Shown here one piece after another: positions 7,729 to 15,804 of a stretch of 39,513 nucleotides of DNA. The notes under the pieces are model-generated. The model was not told the DNA's origin. It searched no databases and saw only the letters and a program-made list of their open reading frames with translations. The translations under genes and the position numbers were made by a program. How positions within the stretch are numbered: the first letter of the stretch is position 1; every line of letters begins with the position of its first letter. The stretch covers positions 1 through 39,513 of IMG/VR virus record IMGVR_UViG_3300020414_000324. One strand, 5' to 3'. This stretch comes from a virus (Duplodnaviria; Caudoviricetes).

Positions 7729-9546
7729 ATGGCAGAAAATGTAGCAGCAGTCACTAACCAGTTAGTACAAATTAATAAAGACACCAACCAGCAACTACAA
7801 GAAAATCAAGATGCTCAAAAAGGTTTCTTTAATAGACTTGGTGCTATTTTTTCTAAGGGCACACTTACACCAACACAACAAAAAGAAAAAGATGAAAAAC
7901 AACAAGGTGTATTTGCAAAACTTGGTAATAAGTTTGATGGTTTAAGTAAATCGTTTACTGGTTTCTTTAAGAACTATGGTGGAAAAGCGGCAGAATTTGG
8001 TCTAAAAACACTTAAAAACTTTGCATTTGGTTTATTCTTAATATCTGCATTAAAGTTTTTACAAAGTGATATGTTTAAAACTTTACTAGATAAAGTTCAA
8101 GACTTCTTAGGATACTTCGACAATTTTGGTGCAAAATTAAATGCATTTTTAAAAGACCCAAGTTTTAGTTCTCTAGTAGATTTGTTTGCTGCTTCTGGCC
8201 CAATCGCTCTTGCACTTGGAGCATTATTTGTACTATTCAATCCACTTAAAACTATGACTGCTTTATTTAAAGCAAGTAGATTCTTTATCGGTTTATTTAC
8301 AAAAGGTGGCGCTGTTACTAAAAATGTTGATGATGTTGGTAAAGAATTAGGTAAAAAAGGTCTTTTTTCAAAATTAAGAGGCGGTATTACCAGTATGATT
8401 AGTGGTATTAAAAACCTTGGAACTAAAATCGGTACACAAGCTTCACGGTTTGGTTCTAAAGCACTTAATATGGCAGGTAGTGGATTCAATGCACTAAAGA
8501 ATGGTGTAGCATCTATGTATACTGGAATGAATAATCTTGGTTCTAAGATTGGTAATGTTCTTAAACAAGGTGCTGGTGGATTAGATAAAGGTATGTCTAG
8601 AGCAATGGGTGCTGGTGGTAAACTAGTCAAAGGTGCTGCTAGTGGGTTTGCAAAAACAGCACTAGGTGCATTAAAGTTTGCAGGGCCTGTTGGTCTAATT
8701 GCAACTGCCGCTATGACAGTTGGTTCTGGTGTTATGGCAGGAATAGATGCATACAAAAAAACTGGTGAAGTAGGAACTGCAATAAAAGAGGGTTTTGCTG
8801 GTGCAGTATCTAGTTTAACATTAGGTTTTGTAAGTCAAGAAACTATATCAGAGGGTATGACTAAAATAGGTGACTCAGTTTCAGGCGCATTTAATAAAGT
8901 GAAAGATGCATATGTAAGTGGTTTTAATAATGTTAAAGATGGAATAACAAAAGTTGTTAATGACCCAGAGGGTGCTTTCAATGCTGTGTCTGATAAGTTA
9001 TCAGAACTAACTGGTTTAGATTTACCAAGTTTTGATGAAAGTAAAAAAGCAATCTCCGACATGGCAGATAGACTTAAAACTGGATTTGAAGATTTTACTG
9101 GTATCAAACTTCCAACAAGTTTAGACGAAGCAAAAACAAGACTGACTGAGGGTTTAAGTAGTTTGGGTGATAGTCTTTCTAAAAAGTTTAGTAGTTTAAA
9201 AGAGGGTGTTGGTGGTTTCTTTTCTAAAATGTTTGGTGGTGATGAAGAAGGCGACCCTAATACACAACTTACAGAAACCGTAAAACTTAAACAAGAAGAA
9301 ATTAATTCTCTTAATCAAAAACTTGCTGATGCATCTAAAATGTCAATTGCAAATCAAACTGAACTTGCAGAAATGAGAGAACAAATTGTTAATCTAAGTA
9401 AACAATTAGAAACACAACAAAGTGGTGCAAATGTTACTACAGTAAATTCACCAAGTCAAATGGTAAACAATACTCAAGCAACAACGGTCATGCCAACTAT
9501 GATTGATAATGGTTCACAACCAGCAGGAGTTGGTGCAACTGCATAA
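7729..9546 (+). CDS. tape-measure / baseplate hub protein (gp29-like)
   Basis: 605 aa, Gly/Ala/Lys-rich amphipathic repeats with hydrophobic stretches; follows gp26-gp51. Confidence 0.65.
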   Translation: MAENVAAVTNQLVQINKDTNQQLQENQDAQKGFFNRLGAIFSKGTLTPTQQKEKDEKQQGVFAKLGNKFDGLSKSFTGFFKNYGGKAAEFGLKTLKNFAFGLFLISALKFLQSDMFKTLLDKVQDFLGYFDNFGAKLNAFLKDPSFSSLVDLFAASGPIALALGALFVLFNPLKTMTALFKASRFFIGLFTKGGAVTKNVDDVGKELGKKGLFSKLRGGITSMISGIKNLGTKIGTQASRFGSKALNMAGSGFNALKNGVASMYTGMNNLGSKIGNVLKQGAGGLDKGMSRAMGAGGKLVKGAASGFAKTALGALKFAGPVGLIATAAMTVGSGVMAGIDAYKKTGEVGTAIKEGFAGAVSSLTLGFVSQETISEGMTKIGDSVSGAFNKVKDAYVSGFNNVKDGITKVVNDPEGAFNAVSDKLSELTGLDLPSFDESKKAISDMADRLKTGFEDFTGIKLPTSLDEAKTRLTEGLSSLGDSLSKKFSSLKEGVGGFFSKMFGGDEEGDPNTQLTETVKLKQEEINSLNQKLADASKMSIANQTELAEMREQIVNLSKQLETQQSGANVTTVNSPSQMVNNTQATTVMPTMIDNGSQPAGVGATA

Positions 9547-9909
9547 TTATTTTTTGATATTATTCAGACTATCTAAAACATCATCAATATTAGGTTCAAT
9601 ACTGCCTGGGTTATAGACACAACGATACTGTCTAGGACAATTGTCCTCATACATCAATGTATATGTTTTATTTCCACCAAGATAAATGCACGCCTGTCTA
9701 CCAGTATATCTTGACTTGACTGTTTTCTTTAATCTACAAGTCGTATACTTTTTTTCTTTAATCATACCCTTTAGAATTTTTTGTCTAGTAGTATAATCTT
9801 CACTTGGTTTTGGTAGGTTGCAACTTTGACAGTTGCCATAGATATTATCTGGTTGTGCATTTACTGGTGTTGAGATTGTTATAAGAACAATCGCAACTAG
9901 TAAGTTCAT
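9547..9909 (-). CDS. secreted Cys-rich hypothetical protein
   Basis: signal-peptide-like N-terminus, 6 Cys. Confidence 0.7.
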   Translation of the reverse strand: MNLLVAIVLITISTPVNAQPDNIYGNCQSCNLPKPSEDYTTRQKILKGMIKEKKYTTCRLKKTVKSRYTGRQACIYLGGNKTYTLMYEDNCPRQYRCVYNPGSIEPNIDDVLDSLNNIKK

Positions 9910-10388
9910 ATTAGTCCTCTCGTACCCATGTATAGTAATATAAGTCCAATGACTGCACCACCAATCAGTAATACTAAAAAGGCAATCAATATACCTTCAA
10001 TAAGTTTTCTTTGTCTTTCTTTTTGGTCGTAAATTAACTTTTGTCTTTTCTTACGAATCTCACCCTCTGTTCTTAACAGCTCGTCCCAAGCGCTCATACC
10101 CCTTGTTAAAGTAATGATTTGCTTGAGTTGATTTCTCATATCCTCTGCTTTTTTCTTCGCCATAAAAATTTGCATGGCTTCTTCCTCTACTGAACCAGCA
10201 GAAAAAAGTTTCTTAAACAGAGGTGGTTTTTTGTTGTATTCGTCTGCCTTCTTAATATCGCTAACAGCGCCCATCCATCTGGACAAGTCTCCTGCCATAG
10301 ATTCTATATCTCGCCCAACAGCGAAACCTTTTTTAATTGCATTGAAGGCGGTTGACGCTGCCGAAACAGCAGCTACTACTTCTATCAT
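9906..10388 (-). CDS. hypothetical protein with C-terminal TM helix
   Basis: GGAG RBS favours ATG 10388; late promoter upstream. Confidence 0.75.
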   Translation of the reverse strand: MIEVVAAVSAASTAFNAIKKGFAVGRDIESMAGDLSRWMGAVSDIKKADEYNKKPPLFKKLFSAGSVEEEAMQIFMAKKKAEDMRNQLKQIITLTRGMSAWDELLRTEGEIRKKRQKLIYDQKERQRKLIEGILIAFLVLLIGGAVIGLILLYMGTRGLI

Positions 10389-10409
10389 TTCTCTCTCTCC
10401 AAACATTAC

Positions 10410-10417
10410 TATTTATA
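10410..10417 (-). promoter_or_regulatory. T4-type late promoter
   Basis: TATAAATA. Confidence 0.75.
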
Positions 10418-10420
10418 AAG

Positions 10421-10456
10421 AAAGAAAAAGGGAGATGCAATTTCTTACATCTCCCT
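10421..10456 (-). terminator. intrinsic terminator after gp32
   Basis: stem AGGGAGATGTAA/TTGCATCTCCCT followed by T-rich tract on minus strand. Confidence 0.8.
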
Positions 10457-10497
10457 AGTAGTAAACCCTAGCACGCCACTAGTACTTTCCCAGTTTA

Positions 10498-11382
10498 CTA
10501 TTCCTTGGCAAGTTTTTGGAAGTATGACATTGTATCATCATCTTCTTCTTGACTTACCTCTGGAATTGATGGTTCTGGTTCAGACTTGAACTGTGGTGTT
10601 TCCACAACATCTTCGTCCATCATTGATACTGCACTTGCAGTAATCGTACCAGATAGAACATCATCAAGTCTTTTCTTGAGTTCTTCATAAGACTTGAAAT
10701 TTGATGGCGCATGGAAATCAGCGAGAGGATACTGAGTTTTCCAAGTTGCATCTAACTTGGCATCATCATCTAACAATGCAGAAACACTATCAAATTCTGA
10801 TTTATCATAGTTCCAGTAACCATCAACTTTGCGAATCTTCAACTTGAAGTTCGCACCTTCCCAGAAATCAAATGGATTGATTGGAGTTTCATCTTCAAAT
10901 TCTGGTTGCATTGCAGCCATAATCTTATCAAAGATTTTCTTACCATATCTAAATAGAAACACCTTACCATTATTCTCTGGGTGTTTTGGGTCAGATACTA
11001 CATAGATATTTGAGTAGTATTCCAACTTTCTCTTTTGCTTCCTTGCAGTTTCCTTATCAGACTCAATACCAGTATTCCACAATGAAGTATTGTATTCTGA
11101 AACTGGGTCTTTCTGGTTTAAGGTAGTCAAAGAGTTTTCGATATACCATTTACCAGTAGGGCCTTGAAATGCGTGTTTCCACAATTTAGTCCAAGGCAGT
11201 TCTTCACCATCAACGGCAGGAAGAAAACGAATTACTGCACTTCCAGTTCCAGATTTATCTAGTTCTGGTTTCCACAGTCTTTCGTCCACATAGGACTTTT
11301 TTTCTTGAGGTGCATTTTCTTCTTGAACTGATGCAAGAAGTTTGTCCAAAGTATTGGACTTTCTAAGCGTTTGTAACGACAT
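10498..11382 (-). CDS. gp32: single-stranded DNA-binding protein gp32
   Basis: DERLWKPELDKSGTGSAVIRFLP, WYIENSLTT, FDFWEGANFKLKIR, acidic tail DDDTMSYFQKLA. Confidence 0.97.
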   Translation of the reverse strand: MSLQTLRKSNTLDKLLASVQEENAPQEKKSYVDERLWKPELDKSGTGSAVIRFLPAVDGEELPWTKLWKHAFQGPTGKWYIENSLTTLNQKDPVSEYNTSLWNTGIESDKETARKQKRKLEYYSNIYVVSDPKHPENNGKVFLFRYGKKIFDKIMAAMQPEFEDETPINPFDFWEGANFKLKIRKVDGYWNYDKSEFDSVSALLDDDAKLDATWKTQYPLADFHAPSNFKSYEELKKRLDDVLSGTITASAVSMMDEDVVETPQFKSEPEPSIPEVSQEEDDDTMSYFQKLAKE

Positions 11383-11452
11383 AATATAATCTCCTTATGT
11401 TAATATATGTTATCGTATGTTTAAGTATTTCACAGTATTCATAATATAAAGT

Positions 11453-11483
11453 TATTTATATACCATTATAACCTAAAAGTCAA
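11453..11483 (-). promoter_or_regulatory. composite early/late promoter of gp32
   Basis: TTGACT-17bp-TATAAA where the -10 is also a TATAAATA late box. Confidence 0.7.
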
Positions 11484-11484
11484 G

Positions 11485-12102
11485 TCAAATATGTCTTAAA
11501 TATTTCCAACTTGTAGGGAATAATTTCTCTGATTCATAATCAATTTTATCTGCAATTTGTCTTGTTTCCCATTGTGTATCTTTTGCACAACGTAAATTAC
11601 AAACTCTTGCAAATGCCATCAATGTACCAGACCAATACCACTCAGTATATAAATTTTGTGGTAAAACCATTCTCGCCATTTCTGGTGCAACTCCTGCTTT
11701 CAACAGATTTTCATATGTCTGTTTTACAAACATGATTGAACCATCAATATTGTATTCTATTGTTTCGTCAGATGAACCTTGTTTTTTATTGTCTGCTTTC
11801 AATCTCCATTTTCTAGGAGTGTAAAACTCTGGTTCATCATCTACATAGCGTCTAGACACTTCATTCCACACTAACCCCACTTGGTGTTTCACTAATTGTC
11901 TTGCAACGAATATTGGTGCCTTAATATGAAACTGCATACTGCAATGTCCAAATGGACTCCAATGGTCGTGTGTCGCTAAGTATTTAATTAGTTTTTCATC
12001 TTTTTCATAATCAAATTTGATATGTTCTTTTTTAAATGAAACACGAGCCGCATTTACTACGGTCAAGTCTGTTCCCATAACATCTATTACTTTAACTTCC
12101 AT
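11485..12102 (-). CDS. thyX: FAD-dependent thymidylate synthase
   Basis: VVNAARVS, HWSPF, ARQLVKHQVG..WNEVSRRY, PEMARMVLP. Confidence 0.96.
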   Translation of the reverse strand: MEVKVIDVMGTDLTVVNAARVSFKKEHIKFDYEKDEKLIKYLATHDHWSPFGHCSMQFHIKAPIFVARQLVKHQVGLVWNEVSRRYVDDEPEFYTPRKWRLKADNKKQGSSDETIEYNIDGSIMFVKQTYENLLKAGVAPEMARMVLPQNLYTEWYWSGTLMAFARVCNLRCAKDTQWETRQIADKIDYESEKLFPTSWKYLRHI

Positions 12103-12254
12103 TACCCAAAAAACCTATCAAATAATTCTATTGCAACTACAACAAATCCATATGCAAAAACACAGAAGATACAGAACTTCAAAAATTTATTCATTCCATC
12201 ATCTGCCATGACTTCCCAATGTGGTCTGTCATCTTTTCTAATTGCATCCCACAT
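12102..12254 (-). CDS. small membrane hypothetical protein
   Basis: MWDAIRKDD...; start at 12254 avoids overlap with the neighbour; C-terminal TM. Confidence 0.55.
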   Translation of the reverse strand: MWDAIRKDDRPHWEVMADDGMNKFLKFCIFCVFAYGFVVVAIELFDRFFG

Positions 12255-12276
12255 ATCTTTCAAAACACCATTCTTC

Positions 12277-12477
12277 TTACTCACCAACAAAACTCCTTGA
12301 TTCCATTTGTGCCTCTGATAGATGGTTCTTTGTATAGAACGCAACCATCTTATCACCTTTGTAACATTCTACATGATACTTAATTGGTTTAACTGGAATA
12401 GACGCAGACGGTATACCCTCTCTAGGTACAGTAGTATACCTTGCTTTATAGATTTTAGTTGTCTTAACCTCTTCCAT
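12277..12477 (-). CDS. hypothetical protein
   Basis: MEEVKTTK..., GAGG RBS. Confidence 0.6.
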   Translation of the reverse strand: MEEVKTTKIYKARYTTVPREGIPSASIPVKPIKYHVECYKGDKMVAFYTKNHLSEAQMESRSFVGE

Positions 12478-12670
12478 TACGATACCTCGTATTAGGTCGT
12501 TTTGGTGGATTGGTTGCAAGGAACTTAACCCTTTCGGCAAGTTTCTTACGGTCTGCAACTAACTCTGCATTATCGTATTCTAATTTACGAATAATACTCT
12601 TTTGCTCTTCTACCTTTGCATGATAGAAATCTCGTTCTTTCATCACAGATAGTGCTTCACTTTTCATCAC
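12464..12670 (-). CDS. small coiled-coil hypothetical protein
   Basis: AAGGAG RBS; own promoter TTGACT-17-TAGGAT at 12700-12728. Confidence 0.7.
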   Translation of the reverse strand: MMKSEALSVMKERDFYHAKVEEQKSIIRKLEYDNAELVADRKKLAERVKFLATNPPKRPNTRYRNGRG

Positions 12671-13256
12671 AATACTCCTTAATTATTTTGATTGTTTCTA
12701 TCCTATACCATTCTCTGTCAAAAGTCAAGACAGAACTATAATTTTTTATAAGTTTTTTTGTCTGAGGCCAGATAATCTTTTCATCAATATCTCTATCCCA
12801 TTTTTTACAGTATGAGAATAATGAATCTAAAATAACCATAGTTTCAATATCTACATTTTTACCAAAGAATTGTTTTAACAACAAAGGGTGTTGTCCATCT
12901 TTAACATTTAATATGTCATCAATGTCTTTACCTTTTCTTAGCAAATCTACTAAGTCATTTTGATAAGTGTATTTTAAACTCTGTCTTCTCTTACAATATT
13001 CTACATAGTTGTTATCAGTAAAATTGCCAATCCAACCTTTAGGGTCATTGATAAAGTTTGATATAAAAAAGTCTGGTGTATCTTCTTTGTACTTTCTACC
13101 CACTTTACCAAAGAAATGTCTATCACTTCTTTTTAAAAATGAGTCCAGACTTACACTAGTCTTTCCGTGATATTTGTTGAAATCATAATCACTATTGAAG
13201 TGTGATTTTAGAGCGATGTATACTTTATATGCATCAAAAGCGTCCATGTTCATCAT
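12657..13256 (-). CDS. gp59: helicase loader gp59
   Basis: AYKVYIALKSHF..YDFNKYHGK, GQHPLLLK, IETMVILD; adjacent to gp33. Confidence 0.9.
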   Translation of the reverse strand: MMNMDAFDAYKVYIALKSHFNSDYDFNKYHGKTSVSLDSFLKRSDRHFFGKVGRKYKEDTPDFFISNFINDPKGWIGNFTDNNYVEYCKRRQSLKYTYQNDLVDLLRKGKDIDDILNVKDGQHPLLLKQFFGKNVDIETMVILDSLFSYCKKWDRDIDEKIIWPQTKKLIKNYSSVLTFDREWYRIETIKIIKEYCDEK

Positions 13257-13492
13257 ATCGGTAATGTTGCCACTTTAGGTAAGAAGTTCAATTCCCTTGC
13301 ATTGACCTCTAGTTTTTCTTTCAAAGATTTTGTGATTAAGGGTTTGATTTGCTCTGGTTCAACAGAGTTTTTTTCACAGTAATCTAACAATGCATCAAGA
13401 TAAGAAGTATCACTATCTTTTGCAAGTTTCTCTATTCTCATAGAGAATTTTTTAGGAGTCATAAGACTATTCGTGTTCACCGCCGACATCAT
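13253..13492 (-). CDS. gp33: late transcription co-activator gp33
   Basis: FSMRIE...YLDALLDYCEKN...LITKSLKEKLEVNARELNFL. Confidence 0.9.
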   Translation of the reverse strand: MMSAVNTNSLMTPKKFSMRIEKLAKDSDTSYLDALLDYCEKNSVEPEQIKPLITKSLKEKLEVNARELNFLPKVATLPI

Positions 13493-13838
13493 TTTTATCC
13501 AATTCTATTCTTTTACCGTTATACCACATATGTCTAGTTCTACTAGGTGTGTGATAACCGTTAGTTCCTTGTTCCATTCTTAAAAAAAAAGATGGTTTCC
13601 TTTTTGCAGTTTCAAATGTTGCAACTGTTACTACAATCGCACCAAGAATAAGTGCATGAGCAATCATACTTGCACCCATAATCCAGAAACTACCTACCCA
13701 CATACTAAACACAATACACCACATCCATGCAAGGACTTGAAGCACCATGTGTCTTGTATTTAAATCTGGAATATGTCTTAATGGATTTTTATCCATATCC
13801 ATGACACCATTCCAACTATCGTAAATAAATTCTCTCAT
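13467..13838 (-). CDS. membrane hypothetical protein
   Basis: AGGAG RBS before ATG 13838 (MREFIYDSWNGVMD); two TM segments. Confidence 0.75.
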   Translation of the reverse strand: MREFIYDSWNGVMDMDKNPLRHIPDLNTRHMVLQVLAWMWCIVFSMWVGSFWIMGASMIAHALILGAIVVTVATFETAKRKPSFFLRMEQGTNGYHTPSRTRHMWYNGKRIELDKNDVGGEHE

Positions 13839-13857
13839 GATATCTCCTAATAAATTA

Positions 13858-14195
13858 AGTGGTGATGTTTCTGTTTCCAAGGACACCACCGAACCTCAGA
13901 GCGATTAAGCAGCGAGTGCAAAATCCTCAGATGCAAAATTGTCGTTTGCATTTACAGTTTTGACCTATTACGCAGTCAACCGATAATTCTACTCTCATCT
14001 CTACATACCAGTCGAACCTAGTTCACCCCCATCATGAATACTTGTCGGTGGGCCACACCGATAAATCCTAAGATGTCTAACCACCCATGTACCAACAAAG
14101 GTCTACGAAGGCCTTGTACTGGACAAGTATTCATGGTGGAGGTGATGGGTACTGCCCCCATGTCCTAGTCATGCGTTGAATCGTATCAACGAATT
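13858..14195 (-). ncRNA. ssrA: circularly permuted (two-piece) tmRNA
   Basis: T-arm/acceptor 3' part GGACATGGGGGCAGTACCCATCACCTCCACCA (CCA at 14134-14136) precedes the 5' part GGGGGTGAACTAGGTTCGAC (from 14030); G3.U70 Ala determinant; tag ANDNFASEDFALAA* at 13905-13949; ends approximate. Confidence 0.95.
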
Positions 14196-14201
14196 ATGTC
14201 T

Positions 14202-14232
14202 TATTTATATCATAAGGTGTTTAAGAAGTCAA
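14202..14232 (-). promoter_or_regulatory. composite early/late promoter of the tmRNA
   Basis: TTGACT-17bp-TATAAATA, same design as the gp32 promoter. Confidence 0.75.
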
Positions 14233-14475
14233 GTCAAAAGTATGAATAGGTACAAACTTTCTATTGATAACTTCTACACAACCCATTTCACGAATCTTAT
14301 ATTCCCCAAAAGCGATTGATGCAGACTTGAAAATATCATCTTTATTTTCTTCTACATATGTAACACAACTTGTTAAATCTAAGAAAGGTGGAACATTTGT
14401 GTTCAATTTGACCTCATCATAATTCAATGACATACCAAGAACCACATATATTCCATAAACAGTACTGAGCATCAT
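14221..14475 (-). CDS. small exported two-Cys hypothetical protein
   Basis: hydrophobic N-terminus, FLDLTSC...GCV. Confidence 0.65.
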   Translation of the reverse strand: MMLSTVYGIYVVLGMSLNYDEVKLNTNVPPFLDLTSCVTYVEENKDDIFKSASIAFGEYKIREMGCVEVINRKFVPIHTFDLTS

Positions 14476-14870
14476 ATTTTTACTTTTGCTCTGTTTGTAA
14501 TATGTTCTTCTGCAATTTCTTCTTTTGATTGTCCATGATATCGAACTGCATGGTGATTATCTACCAATATCTGATTGATATTGTGTGTCCTGCCAAACCA
14601 TAGTTCACCTAAGATACGTCCAAACTTACCTTTACCATCTTTGAAAGTTTTTAAAGTGAGGTCGCCTGCATTAGTCCATTTGACTAGAAAGTCTTTTGCA
14701 GCCAATCCATATACTTTTTCTACATCATCAGAAGTTCTAGACTCTGGTGTATCAATTCCATACAAACGGATTCTTTGTTTTCGTAACCATACACCGAATC
14801 CTAAGTCAATGTCAACGTCAACTGTATCGCCGTCAACTACTCTGACCATTTTACATTTATATTCAAACAC
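14472..14870 (-). CDS. thermonuclease (SNase-like)
   Basis: RVVDGDTVD, RIRLYGIDTPESRT, GKFGRILG. Confidence 0.9.
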   Translation of the reverse strand: MFEYKCKMVRVVDGDTVDVDIDLGFGVWLRKQRIRLYGIDTPESRTSDDVEKVYGLAAKDFLVKWTNAGDLTLKTFKDGKGKFGRILGELWFGRTHNINQILVDNHHAVRYHGQSKEEIAEEHITNRAKVKI

Positions 14871-15123
14871 TAGATTTATCCTCTTCTATTTGTTGGTCAA
14901 TTGGTTTGATAAGTTCTCGTAGTCCTTTTTCTGGAACACATGATATTTGTTGTGGTGGTATTTGACCCTCATATTGTTCTATTGCTTTTGCAAACAGACC
15001 AACTTGATTTACCACTACATGAGATAAACACTCTTCCTTTGTTTCAAAACTAATATATGGAATCCAAAGTGGTGTGTGTCCACTAGGTTGCCACATCATT
15101 ACTACTACTATGAACCATTTCAT
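14863..15123 (-). CDS. small exported two-Cys hypothetical protein
   Basis: MKWFIVVVM..., FETKEEC...SCV. Confidence 0.65.
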   Translation of the reverse strand: MKWFIVVVMMWQPSGHTPLWIPYISFETKEECLSHVVVNQVGLFAKAIEQYEGQIPPQQISCVPEKGLRELIKPIDQQIEEDKSSV

Positions 15124-15790
15124 TTTCTTTTTCCCAATCTGAAGTGAAGTCATCAATCGCTTCTACTAACATGGGAAGATATTCACCCTTGTCTTTAACA
15201 AACTCTTGCACAACTCCATCTTCTGTTACAACTAGAATTACAATCTGATTGATTTCAATTCCAGTTCGTTCTTCAAACATTTCTGCATAAGCAGACGCTT
15301 GAATGTAGTAGGACTCATTCCACTCATCATTGCGTTCTTTTCTTGAAGTTTTGAAATCAATAATAGATTTGACACCGTTGTATTCTGCGATACAATCGAC
15401 TCGTCCTGCTACCTTATATTTATCGGTATACAACCCACACTCTTGTGCAAGAATGTTATTCACTTTTTGCATAAGTACTGGTTTCATTTGACCAAATAGT
15501 ACATATGGAAGAAAGTTCTTCTTATGAGTTTCTTCATCAAAATTATTGTTCAAGAAGTCTTCACACATATGGTGAACCTTAGTTCCCCTATGAGCGGCAG
15601 TTCTTGCAATATAGTTTGCTACATCATCACCAACATTTTTTCTCCACTCCATAAGTCCTGCCATTTTACGTTTTTGTAAAACGGTAGTAATAGATGGATA
15701 AAGTTTACCATCTGGAGTTTGATAAAATCTTTTACGATTTAGATTTTTTGTTGATAATTCTGGAACACTTACTTCATTATGTATAAACAT
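15083..15790 (-). CDS. PD-(D/E)XK exonuclease
   Basis: YPSITTVL, RGTKVH, AGRVDCIAEY, IIDFKTS, YYIQASAYA. Confidence 0.9.
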   Translation of the reverse strand: MFIHNEVSVPELSTKNLNRKRFYQTPDGKLYPSITTVLQKRKMAGLMEWRKNVGDDVANYIARTAAHRGTKVHHMCEDFLNNNFDEETHKKNFLPYVLFGQMKPVLMQKVNNILAQECGLYTDKYKVAGRVDCIAEYNGVKSIIDFKTSRKERNDEWNESYYIQASAYAEMFEERTGIEINQIVILVVTEDGVVQEFVKDKGEYLPMLVEAIDDFTSDWEKENEMVHSSSNDVAT

Positions 15791-15804
15791 TATATAACCT
15801 CACT

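Noticed and set aside
8097-9107. Long antisense ORFs (219 aa, 90 aa) opposite the tape-measure-like gene, and the many other shadow ORFs in the track
   Set aside because: Fully antisense to well-supported genes, no RBS or motifs; expected from codon bias
13839-13889. N-terminal extension of ORF 13467..13889
   Set aside because: Lies in the tmRNA terminal hairpin; AGGAG supports ATG 13838
14018-14134. 38-aa ORF MNTCPVQGLRRPLL... spanning the tmRNA intervening segment
   Set aside because: Overlaps the CCA and acceptor stem that are processed, has no convincing RBS, and the sequence is better explained by RNA structure
14134-14170. Stand-alone tRNA gene
   Set aside because: No D or anticodon arm; it is the acceptor piece of the permuted tmRNA. 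No tRNA genes were recognised in the window
15083-15790. Cas4-like nuclease as evidence of CRISPR
   Set aside because: No repeat-spacer array or other cas genes seen; this exonuclease is a usual gene of marine T4-like phages
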